Source of the DNA: Candidatus Woesearchaeota archaeon
GTDB lineage: Archaea > Nanobdellota > Nanobdellia > Pacearchaeales > GW2011-AR1
Assembly: GCA_964518625.1 (NCBI GenBank)
Contig: CAZFHC010000004.1
Location: 1 to 43,783, forward strand
Length of the DNA stretch: 43,783 nucleotides
Reading direction: 5' to 3'
The notes beneath the pieces were generated by a model. It saw only the letters and a program-made list of their open reading frames with translations. It made no database searches and was not told where the DNA came from. Of this stretch, positions 27,098 through 35,680 are shown piece after piece; positions within the stretch are counted from its first letter, which is position 1; every line of letters starts with the position of its first letter. A program made the position numbers and the translations under genes.

Positions 27098-27105
27098 TTT
27101 AAAAA
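27098..27105 (-). promoter_or_regulatory. TATA box of the candidate ncRNA
   Basis: CAATAAC-TTTTTAAA on minus strand, matching the rpl15e promoter (CAATAAGC-TTTTTAAA); the plus-strand gene at 27163 has its own TATA at 27134-27141. Confidence 0.65.
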
Positions 27106-27162
27106 GTTATTGTTTTACTTGCTACTCAAAATATTTATATAATCTGGGTTTCTTTTAGTTTT

Positions 27163-27435
27163 ATGAGAAGTGTTCCGTTTACTACGGAATATTTTTTGAT
27201 TTTATTGGTTTTTACTTTTTTAGTTTCGGTTGCTGCTATTATTCATGGTATTTTCTTCGACATGGTTTTTTCACAAATTGCTAGATTAAGTTTGGAAGGA
27301 TTGGTTCTTACTTTTTTTATTTTGTTTCCTGCTGTATTATTCTTGGAATGGGTTTATGATCTGAATAATGAACAGAGGTTTGAAGGATTGGAAGCAAGAA
27401 TAAAGAAGTTAGAGAAAAGAAAATTAACCAGATAA
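27163..27435 (+). CDS. Small membrane protein (2 TM)
   Basis: Hydrophobic ORF with TATA 21 nt upstream. Confidence 0.7.
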   Translation: MRSVPFTTEYFLILLVFTFLVSVAAIIHGIFFDMVFSQIARLSLEGLVLTFFILFPAVLFLEWVYDLNNEQRFEGLEARIKKLEKRKLTR

Positions 27436-27768
27436 ATATTTTTTGAAAAGTTTTCCCATTCTTTCCCATTTATAAAAAGTATCTTTTCTATAATGTTTCC
27501 TTTCTAATCCTAATTCTTCAGCGATAGAGAATGCTCCTTCTAATATAGAATCAAAATCATACTCAATAAAATTAGCAATTATATAAGAAATTTTTCTAAT
27601 TGAATCTTCATCTTTAGGTTTGTTTTGCATTAAGCTCAAACAGAATTGAGTAACTTCTTTTTCTAAATTTATATATTCTTCAGAATCTAAATCTCCTTTA
27701 AAAGAATTTAGCTTTACATTAATACTTTCTAATTCTTCTTCCGTTTTTTTATCTAGAAATTCGTTCAT
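27424..27768 (-). CDS. Hypothetical helical protein
   Basis: 114-aa ORF with upstream TATA-like TTATATAA; no motif recognised. Confidence 0.6.
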   Translation of the reverse strand: MNEFLDKKTEEELESINVKLNSFKGDLDSEEYINLEKEVTQFCLSLMQNKPKDEDSIRKISYIIANFIEYDFDSILEGAFSIAEELGLERKHYRKDTFYKWERMGKLFKKYLSG

Positions 27769-27855
27769 TTAATATTAATTAGAATGTAGCTTATATAACT
27801 TCGTTTACTTTAATTTCTTAAAAAGATTTATTAACACTAATAGCTTTCTTTTGTT

Positions 27856-28608
27856 ATGGTATTAGAAGCCTTTATTCCAATAATAACAATTGTAGGTCTA
27901 TACATCTTGTCAGGATTAAAAATTGTTAAAGAATATGAAAGAGGAGTGAAATTTACTCTAGGAAAATTTTCAGGATTGATGCAGCCAGGATTAAATGTTG
28001 TTATTCCAATAATACAAACATGGCAAAGAGTAGACATCAGAATAAAAGCAATTGATGTTCCAGATCAAGATGCAATAACAAAAGATAATGTTTCAATAAA
28101 AGTTAATGCGGTTCTTTATTATAAAGTTTCAAATGCTAGACATGCTATTATTGAAGTTGAAGATTATAATTATGCAGTTTCACAATTAGCTCAAACAACT
28201 ATGAGAGATGTTGTTGGTGAAGTTACATTAGATCAACTTTTGAGTAAAAGAGATTCTGTTTCCAAAAGAATTCAAGAGATTGTTGATAAAGCAACTGATC
28301 CTTGGGGAATTAAGGTTTCTTCTGTTGAATTAAAGCATATTGAATTGCCTGAGCAATTAAAGAGAACTATTGGGAAGGAAGCTGAAGCTGAAAGAGAACG
28401 TAGGGCTGTTATTATTAAAGCTAAAGGGGAAGTGGCTGCTGCAGAAGATATGGCGAAAGCTGCGAATACTCTGGCTAAATCTGACGGAGCACTACATTTG
28501 AGAACTTTACAAACTTTGAATGATTTAAGTAGTGATCAGAGCAATACTGTTGTTTTAGGAATTCCTTTAGAACTTTTAAGGGCTTATGAAAAAAAGGGAA
28601 AGAAGTAA
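27856..28608 (+). CDS. SPFH / stomatin (band 7) protein
   Basis: VKEYERGVKFTLG, ITKDNVSIKVNAV, AQTTMRDVVG, TDPWGIKV, QAEAERERR-like, LRTLQTL. Confidence 0.95.
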   Translation: MVLEAFIPIITIVGLYILSGLKIVKEYERGVKFTLGKFSGLMQPGLNVVIPIIQTWQRVDIRIKAIDVPDQDAITKDNVSIKVNAVLYYKVSNARHAIIEVEDYNYAVSQLAQTTMRDVVGEVTLDQLLSKRDSVSKRIQEIVDKATDPWGIKVSSVELKHIELPEQLKRTIGKEAEAERERRAVIIKAKGEVAAAEDMAKAANTLAKSDGALHLRTLQTLNDLSSDQSNTVVLGIPLELLRAYEKKGKK

Positions 28609-28653
28609 GTAAATTACAATAATTTCTATAAAGAAACTTGGTTTTTTATTATC

Positions 28654-29859
28654 ATGGATAGTTTATGTATTAGATGTAAGGGGAAGGGACTTTGTGGAAA
28701 GCCATGCAAAATTTTAGGTCATTTTGTTAATAATGCTCCAAAGCCTACTACTCATTTTTCAGGTCCTTCGCCACCTGAAGTTTTCGTTGGTAGAGTTGGT
28801 TATCCTAATGTTAATATGGGTATATTAGCCCCTACTGATTATGATAGTAAACATGAAAAATTTAACAATGCCGAGCAGTGGGCTAAGAGTAATTTATCTA
28901 TTGCTAATATTTTAAGATTACGTGGTCAATTGATTTATGGTAGAGGAATCGCTAATATTAAAACGAATAGCCAATTAAAGGATGTTACTCAGGAACTTGC
29001 TTTAACTCATAAAGCTACTTCTACTGAATTTTTCTTGAGAAAAATACCTATTGTTCAATTAAATTCTTCTGCTGTATTTAAACCTATGACGAATCCTGCT
29101 CCTATTCAAAAAGTCTTGTTGCAAGAAAATACTAAAATCCATAAAAAGATTGATTATTTGACTAATGATTTTGATGCTAAATCTGTTACGGCAATTAATG
29201 AATTGTATAAGTCAAATATTGGAGTGGATCATTTACAAAAGATTTTATCAGTTGGAATGTTGGGAAAGAAAATTAATCGTAAAATGATTCCGACGCGTTG
29301 GAGTATTACTGCTATTGATGATACAATCTCTAAGGGATTATTAGAAAATATTAGATATTATAAAGAAGTTGATGAAATAATGTTATTTAGTGGGAATTAT
29401 TTAGGAAATTATATTGCTATTTTGTTGTTACCTGGTCGATTGGCATTTGATGCGATTGAGGCTTGGGATGGTGAGAGTGTTTTTGGACAGGAACATCATA
29501 CTGTTTTTGCTGAAGATTATGAGGGATTTATAGGTAGAAAAAAGTATGCGTCTAATATTACTGGTGGTTATTATGCGATGAGATTGCCTGTAACAGAGTA
29601 TTTGACTAAAGCTAAAAGACAGGCTAGTGTTTTTGTTTTTAGGAGAATTACGAACGAGTATTATGCTCCACTTGGTGTTGGAATTGTCAGAGAAACTACA
29701 AGACGTGCAATGAATAGTAAACCTATTATTTTTAATGATATGAACATAGCATTGAATAAAATGGGAGAATATGTTAAGTTGGAAAGTGATATATTAAAGG
29801 ACAAATCATGGTTGTTGCAAAATTATGGTAAGCAAAAAGTTTTGAAGGAGTTTTTTTAA
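28654..29859 (+). CDS. nreA: Archaeal PCNA-interacting DNA repair protein NreA
   Basis: N-terminal CxxC..C..C, SPPEVFVGRVGYP, PTRWSITAID, ITGGYYA, C-terminal PIP box QKVLKEFF. Confidence 0.92.
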   Translation: MDSLCIRCKGKGLCGKPCKILGHFVNNAPKPTTHFSGPSPPEVFVGRVGYPNVNMGILAPTDYDSKHEKFNNAEQWAKSNLSIANILRLRGQLIYGRGIANIKTNSQLKDVTQELALTHKATSTEFFLRKIPIVQLNSSAVFKPMTNPAPIQKVLLQENTKIHKKIDYLTNDFDAKSVTAINELYKSNIGVDHLQKILSVGMLGKKINRKMIPTRWSITAIDDTISKGLLENIRYYKEVDEIMLFSGNYLGNYIAILLLPGRLAFDAIEAWDGESVFGQEHHTVFAEDYEGFIGRKKYASNITGGYYAMRLPVTEYLTKAKRQASVFVFRRITNEYYAPLGVGIVRETTRRAMNSKPIIFNDMNIALNKMGEYVKLESDILKDKSWLLQNYGKQKVLKEFF

Positions 29860-29867
29860 ATATTAAT

Positions 29868-30443
29868 ATGGTAGAAGAGATTGGACCTAAAATTTACAAG
29901 ATTGTTGGTAATGGAAATGTTTATTTGTATTTAGAACCTGAACCATTTTTAATTGATAGTTCAGATCATATTGATAGTGAATATATTAAATCTGAAATTT
30001 CTAAAATTATCTCTCCTAATAAAATTAAATATATTTTATTGACACATTTACATTATGATCATTGTGGTAATGTTGATTTATTCCCTAATGCTAAAGTTTA
30101 TGCTTCTAGGAAGGAAATTAAAAATTTTAGGAATTCTTTTGATGATTTTTTTATTTTTGATATTTCTAAAATTGCTTTTGAAAAGTTGGAACACTCAATT
30201 GCTTTTTCGAATGAAATATTTGGATTAAAGGTTGTTAAAACTCCTGGGCATACAGGTGGTTCTGTCGCTTTTTTTGATTCTATAAATAAGATTTTATTTT
30301 CCGGTGATACTTTGTTCCATAAGGGTATAGGTAGAACTGATTTTATTAATTCTGTTCCTGAGAATATGGAAGAATCTGTTAAAAAATTGAAAGTTATTTT
30401 AAGCGATGAAGATATCCAGTTAATGCCTGGGCATGATTATTGA
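29868..30443 (+). CDS. MBL-fold metallo-hydrolase (glyoxalase II-like)
   Basis: THLHYDH, TPGHTGG, FSGDTLF, PGH. Confidence 0.92.
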   Translation: MVEEIGPKIYKIVGNGNVYLYLEPEPFLIDSSDHIDSEYIKSEISKIISPNKIKYILLTHLHYDHCGNVDLFPNAKVYASRKEIKNFRNSFDDFFIFDISKIAFEKLEHSIAFSNEIFGLKVVKTPGHTGGSVAFFDSINKILFSGDTLFHKGIGRTDFINSVPENMEESVKKLKVILSDEDIQLMPGHDY

Positions 30444-30488
30444 TTGTTTCCCCAATATACTTATAAAATAATTTCTGTTGAATTTATA

Positions 30489-30713
30489 ATGGAAAAAGTA
30501 ATTATTTTATTGAAGATTTTTGTATTTATATTACTAGTTGTTGGATTAATCTATTTTAATAATTCTGAAAAAAATTATATTGATACAGAAAAAATTGACA
30601 ACGTAAATGACTTATATGGTTCGTGCCCTAGTAGTAGAAGCTGTATTAGCCCGAGTTGTGGATTATGGGTTGACAGTGATAATGATGGTTCTTGTGATCG
30701 AGGTGTTTTATGA
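30489..30713 (+). CDS. Small membrane-anchored Cys/Asp-motif protein
   Basis: Start moved to ATG 30489; TM then CPSSRSCISPSCGLWVDSDNDGSCD; overlaps downstream gene. Confidence 0.65.
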   Translation: MEKVIILLKIFVFILLVVGLIYFNNSEKNYIDTEKIDNVNDLYGSCPSSRSCISPSCGLWVDSDNDGSCDRGVL

Positions 30714-31390
30714 AAAAAATTCAGATTTTTAGATCATTATTACAATTGAGTTATATTACCTTGTTGTTTACTAGTTTTTTTATTGATTTTAAATCATTTC
30801 TTTTGGTTATTTTAATTAGTACTGTTTTGGGTGGTGCGTTCTTTTGTGGTTGGTTATGTCCTTTTGGTACTTTACAAGAAATTCTTGGGAATATTAGTGA
30901 TTTATTTAATATAAAGAAAATAAAAATCTCTAATAATATACATAAATATTTGAGATATATGAGATATATTATTTTAATTCTTGCTTTGAATGGTTTGATA
31001 TTTTTATATAGATTTGATGCTAGAATTTCTTTTTTGGATATCTTAAATGGTTCTACGATTGCAATAATCGCATATTTATCTGTTGGATTCTTTGTTCTTT
31101 TATCTTTATTTGTCGATAGACCTTTTTGTAATTATTTTTGTCCTCAAGGTGCTCAATATGGATTGTTTAGTTCTTTGAGATTGTTTAGGATTAAGAGAAA
31201 TAAAGATTTGTGTATTAATTGTAAAATTTGTGATTCTAAGTGTCCTATGAATATCAAGATTTCTGAAGGTGATGATGTTAAAAGTTTACAATGTATTAAT
31301 TGTTTTGAATGTATTGCTAATTGTCCTAAGAAAGGTGCATTGAAATATGGATTTAGTGATTTTAGAAATTTGTTTAAGTTTAAAAATTAG
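30710..31390 (+). CDS. Membrane 4Fe-4S binding protein (NapH/MauN/YccM-like)
   Basis: FCGWLCPFGTLQE, RPFCNYFCP, CINCKICDSKCP, CINCFECIANCP. Confidence 0.9.
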   Translation: MKKIQIFRSLLQLSYITLLFTSFFIDFKSFLLVILISTVLGGAFFCGWLCPFGTLQEILGNISDLFNIKKIKISNNIHKYLRYMRYIILILALNGLIFLYRFDARISFLDILNGSTIAIIAYLSVGFFVLLSLFVDRPFCNYFCPQGAQYGLFSSLRLFRIKRNKDLCINCKICDSKCPMNIKISEGDDVKSLQCINCFECIANCPKKGALKYGFSDFRNLFKFKN

Positions 31391-31845
31391 TATTTTTTAC
31401 CTTTATATTTTGAAAGAAATGTTGTGAATTCTTTTTTTATTTTAGGTTGTTGTGTTTTTGTTGTTTCCAGCATTCTTTTGTTTTTACCTTTATAAAAATC
31501 ATAATATTTTGCATCATCAAAACCAATTTTCTTTACATCGTTTGATGTTGTTAGGTAATACATTGCCTCTATCCCTGACCAGAGGATTGCGCCGAGACAC
31601 ATTGGACATGGATATGTCGTTGTGTAGAGTTGACACTTTTTTAGATTGAATGTTTCTAATTTTTTGCAGGCTTTTCTTATTGCGTTCATCTCTGCGTGAT
31701 TTGTGCAGTCGTTTGTTTTTAAAACTGTATTATGTGCTTTAGAAATTATTTTACCATCTTTAATAATTACACAACCGAAAGGGCCACCTTCTTTCTCTTT
31801 TGTTCCTTTTTTCGCTTCTATTATTGCTTCTTCTATATAATTCAT
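31387..31845 (-). CDS. guaD: Zn-dependent nucleobase deaminase, GuaD (guanine deaminase)-like
   Basis: GGPFGCV, NHAEMNAIR, PCPMCLGAI, GFDD, C-terminal Tyr as in Bacillus GuaD. Confidence 0.8.
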   Translation of the reverse strand: MNYIEEAIIEAKKGTKEKEGGPFGCVIIKDGKIISKAHNTVLKTNDCTNHAEMNAIRKACKKLETFNLKKCQLYTTTYPCPMCLGAILWSGIEAMYYLTTSNDVKKIGFDDAKYYDFYKGKNKRMLETTKTQQPKIKKEFTTFLSKYKGKKY

Positions 31846-32085
31846 GTTTGTTAGAAGTTAAAATATTTATTAAATGTTAGTATTTTAATATTAAATCTAA
31901 GAAAATAATTTGTGAAAATAAATATTTTTTGGTTAATTTTAAACTTTTTAGAGATCCCATTTATAAGATATTTAGAATAAAAAATTACTCTGGTTGTAAA
32001 ATTATAAATTTTTATGAAGACATATTTCTTTTTAACAGTTTTTAATTCCCAAAAGCCTTAAAACCTTTTGTTAATTCTAATATTT

Positions 32086-33783
32086 ATGGTTGAAATTAGC
32101 AATGAGACGATTAAAGCTTATGCTTTAGAAAATGCAATTAACCATAGTGGGAAAGCAGCTCAAGGTTCTGTTTTAGCTGGTCTGTTTGCTGAAGGATTAG
32201 AAAAATCTGAAATTAAAAAATATCTTTCTATTATTCAAGAAATTGTAAATGAGGTTAATTTTTTAGATATTGAAGGACAGGAGAAACAATTTGATTCTTT
32301 GAGTAAGAAAGTTTCTAAAAGAGAGACTAGAAAGGGATTGCCTGAATTACCTAATGCTGTTAGAGGTAAAGTTGTTATGAGAATGGCTCCATTCCCGTCT
32401 GGTGCTTTACATTTAGGAAATGCTCGTCCTTTAATTTTGAATGATCAATATGCCCAAGATTATAATGGAACTTTTTTGTTAGTTATGGATGATACAATTG
32501 GTTCTGAGAAAAAATCTATTCACCCTGAAGCTTATGAGTTGATCGAAGATGCTGCTAAATGGTTAGGTTGTAAAATTAATAAGGTTTTATACAAATCTGA
32601 TAGAATTTCTCAATATTATAGGTATGCTGAAGAGTTGTTGCGGAAAGGTTATTTGTATGTTTGCTCTTGTCCTGCTGAAAATTTTAGAGAACTAAAGATT
32701 AAGAAACAAAATTGTCCATGTAGAAAGAATAGTGTAGAAAAAAATTTGGAACTTTGGAAAAGTATGTTTGATAAAACCAAAACTAATGAAGGAGGTTTAG
32801 CTGTTCGTTTAAAGACTAATATGGCTGCTCCTGATCCTGCATTTAGGGATAGGGTAATGTTTAAAATTTCTGATAGAGTTCATCCTCGTGTCAAGAATAA
32901 ATTTAGAGTTTATCCTACTATGGAATTTTCTTGGGCAATTGATAATCATATTTGGGGTATTACACATATTATTCGTGGTGTGGAATTAGAAATTGAGGGA
33001 AAGGTTGAAAATTTTATTCGGAATATTTTTGGATGGACAAATCCTATTGTAATCAATAATGGTCATCTCGGTTTAGAAAATGTTAAATTTTCTAAATCTA
33101 AAGGATTGCAAGAAGTTAAATCTGGGACTTATAGAGGTTGGGACGATCCTAGATTATGGTCTATTCAATCTTTAAGAGCTAGAGGGATTAGAGCTGAAGC
33201 TATTAGAGAATTTATTTTAGCGAATGGTGTTAAAAGGTCTAGCACAATCGTTCCTGTTGATGTTTTATATAAATTTAATAAAAAATTTATTGAACATTCT
33301 CCTAGATACTTTTTTGTTGAAAAGCCAAAGAAAATTAAAATTGGTGGAAGTCCTGTTTTAACTGCTACTTTACCCTTTCATCCTGATAACACAATTGGTT
33401 CTCGTAAGTATAAAACTAGTCAGGAATTTTTGATTAGTGGTGACGATTATGATAGTATTGAGGAAAGAAACTATCGGTTAATGCATTTATTAAATTTTAA
33501 GGCTTTTAAATTGGATAAGACATTTAGTGAACCTAGTTTTAGTTATGTTAGTGAAAAACCTGATGCTAAATTGAAAACAAAATATATTCAATGGTTGTCT
33601 GCAGATGGTGATAATGTTAAAGTTGAGGTTGTTATGCCTGATGCTGTTGTAAAGAAGGGATTGGGAGAGGCTGAGATGAAAAAATTGAATATTGGTGATG
33701 TTGTTCAGTTTGAAAGATTTGGTTTTGTTAGATTAAATAAGAAGCAAAAAGATAAATTAGAATTTTTTTATGCACATAAGTAA
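32086..33783 (+). CDS. gltX: Glutamyl-tRNA synthetase (archaeal)
   Basis: RMAPFPSGALHLGN, YPTMEF, KFSKS, VQFERFGFVR. Start moved to ATG 32086. Confidence 0.96.
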   Translation: MVEISNETIKAYALENAINHSGKAAQGSVLAGLFAEGLEKSEIKKYLSIIQEIVNEVNFLDIEGQEKQFDSLSKKVSKRETRKGLPELPNAVRGKVVMRMAPFPSGALHLGNARPLILNDQYAQDYNGTFLLVMDDTIGSEKKSIHPEAYELIEDAAKWLGCKINKVLYKSDRISQYYRYAEELLRKGYLYVCSCPAENFRELKIKKQNCPCRKNSVEKNLELWKSMFDKTKTNEGGLAVRLKTNMAAPDPAFRDRVMFKISDRVHPRVKNKFRVYPTMEFSWAIDNHIWGITHIIRGVELEIEGKVENFIRNIFGWTNPIVINNGHLGLENVKFSKSKGLQEVKSGTYRGWDDPRLWSIQSLRARGIRAEAIREFILANGVKRSSTIVPVDVLYKFNKKFIEHSPRYFFVEKPKKIKIGGSPVLTATLPFHPDNTIGSRKYKTSQEFLISGDDYDSIEERNYRLMHLLNFKAFKLDKTFSEPSFSYVSEKPDAKLKTKYIQWLSADGDNVKVEVVMPDAVVKKGLGEAEMKKLNIGDVVQFERFGFVRLNKKQKDKLEFFYAHK

Positions 33784-33785
33784 AA

Positions 33786-35624
33786 TTACCAGCCTGTTCT
33801 TTTGAACTTTTTTTCTAATTCACTAATTGTCAATTTGATTATCGTTGGTCTTCCGTGTGGACATGAATATGGATTTTCACATCTTTCTAATTTATTCAAT
33901 AAATTTTTAATTTCATCTTTTGTCATTTCTGTTCCAGCTTTTACACTTGCTCGACAAGATGTTTTTATTATTTTTTCTTCTATTTCTTTATTTATAATTT
34001 GATTTTTATTTTTTAATAATTCATTCAATATATCAATAAATAAGATTGAACGTAACTTACCAAAAATTTCTGGTACTGTTGAAAGTTTTAGACTATTTCC
34101 TCCAAAATCATCGAATTCAAATCCCATTGATTCTAGAAATCCTATATTGTTCATTGCAATTTGCTTTTGTTCAGGATTTAGTTCTACTATTTTACTTTCT
34201 AGTAATCTTTGTTTCTTTATTGCTCCGCCGTAAAATTCTTTCATGAACCTTTCATAATTTACTCTTTCTTCTGCTGCATGTTGATCAAACATTACAAGCC
34301 CATCTTCTCCTTCACAAATTACAAATGTTTTATTGACTTGTCCTAGAATGTTGAATTTTCCAAATTTAGATTTACTTGTTTGTCGATTTATCACTTCATT
34401 GATTTTTAGAATATGTTCATCACCGACTGTAGGCTGTATATCATTTTGTTTAGTTGATGTTGGGATTTGGTAAGCAACATCTATTGGAATTTTATTTGAT
34501 GTTGTAATTTTTTCTAGTGGAATTTGTGTGTTTGATTCTTCTTCTAGAAATAAATTTACTTGTTTATCTGTTGTGAATTCATAAACATGTGTTGGTTTTA
34601 ATTCGTTTTGTTCTTCTAGATTCGCTTCTGGTATTAGGTCAGTTTCTTTTAGTGATTCTTTTATTGCTTTGTAAACTATTTCTTTAACTTGTTTGTTATT
34701 TTGAAATTTTATAAACTCTTTATTTGGATGAACATTTACGTCTATTTGTGATGGATTAATTTCAACATTGAGTACGAAGATTGGGTTTCTATTTATGAAG
34801 AGCAAAGTTTTATATGCTGAATAAATTGTATCTGAAATTGATTTGTCTTTTACATATCTTGAATTTACGTAGAGTGATTGTTCTGTTTTATCTGCTCGTG
34901 TTAGGTTCGGTTTTGAAATATATCCTGTTACTTCTATTCCTAATTCTTGATAGTTTACTCCTATTAAATCTTTTCCGACTTCTACTCCTAGGACAAATAT
35001 TATATTGTTTAAAAATGAATTTGTTTTTTGTGAATTGATTATTTCTCGTCCATCATGTATTAGTAAGATTGATACATTGTTTTTTATTAGAGCATATTTT
35101 GAGACTATTTTGAGTATGTGACTAAATTCTATTTCTCTTGATTTTAGATATTCTCTTCTTACTGGTACACTAAAAAATAAATCATTTATTTCTACTGTTG
35201 TTCCTTTGCTACATGCTACTGATTCTATCTTTTTCACTGTTCCTGCTTCGATTAAAATTGAGGTTCCGAGTGCATCGCAATCTCTTTTAGTTGTGATTTT
35301 TAGTATTGCAATTTCTGCAATGCTTGCAAGTGCTTCACCTCTAAATCCAAATGAATATATGTTGAATAAATCTTTGTCGCTTTCTATTTTTGATGTTGCA
35401 TGTCGTTCTGCACATAATAATAAATCTTCTTTACTCATTCCCATCCCGTTATCGCTTATTTTTATTTTTGCAATTCCACCATTTTCTATTTCTATTTTTA
35501 TATCATCTCCTCCTGCATCGAGAGAGTTTTCTAAAATTTCTTTTACAACACTTGCGGGTCTGTCAATAACTTCTCCTGCTGCTATTTTGTTTATTGTTGA
35601 GTTGTTTAAAATTTTTATTGGCAT
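33786..35624 (-). CDS. mutL: DNA mismatch repair protein MutL (endonuclease type)
   Basis: IAAGEVIDRPASVVKE, GFRGEALASI, DQHAAEERVNYE, SCRASVK, CPHGRP. Confidence 0.97.
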   Translation of the reverse strand: MPIKILNNSTINKIAAGEVIDRPASVVKEILENSLDAGGDDIKIEIENGGIAKIKISDNGMGMSKEDLLLCAERHATSKIESDKDLFNIYSFGFRGEALASIAEIAILKITTKRDCDALGTSILIEAGTVKKIESVACSKGTTVEINDLFFSVPVRREYLKSREIEFSHILKIVSKYALIKNNVSILLIHDGREIINSQKTNSFLNNIIFVLGVEVGKDLIGVNYQELGIEVTGYISKPNLTRADKTEQSLYVNSRYVKDKSISDTIYSAYKTLLFINRNPIFVLNVEINPSQIDVNVHPNKEFIKFQNNKQVKEIVYKAIKESLKETDLIPEANLEEQNELKPTHVYEFTTDKQVNLFLEEESNTQIPLEKITTSNKIPIDVAYQIPTSTKQNDIQPTVGDEHILKINEVINRQTSKSKFGKFNILGQVNKTFVICEGEDGLVMFDQHAAEERVNYERFMKEFYGGAIKKQRLLESKIVELNPEQKQIAMNNIGFLESMGFEFDDFGGNSLKLSTVPEIFGKLRSILFIDILNELLKNKNQIINKEIEEKIIKTSCRASVKAGTEMTKDEIKNLLNKLERCENPYSCPHGRPTIIKLTISELEKKFKRTGW

Positions 35625-35680
35625 ATTATAATTAATGCTAGGAAGTTTAAAGGGGTTATTGTAGTTGAATGTATATATTA

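Noticed and set aside
31387-31845. Deaminase as the TadA-like A34 editor for tRNA-Ser(AGA)
   Set aside because: It has GuaD hallmarks (GGPFG, GFDD, terminal Tyr), lacks TadA motifs (EVPVGA, DxKxGA) and is 20 kb away. Not excluded without an assay, but unsupported.
31850-32085. AT-rich 235-bp gap as a hidden gene or origin
   Set aside because: Only short ORFs under 30 aa with no motif; no ORB-like repeats seen.
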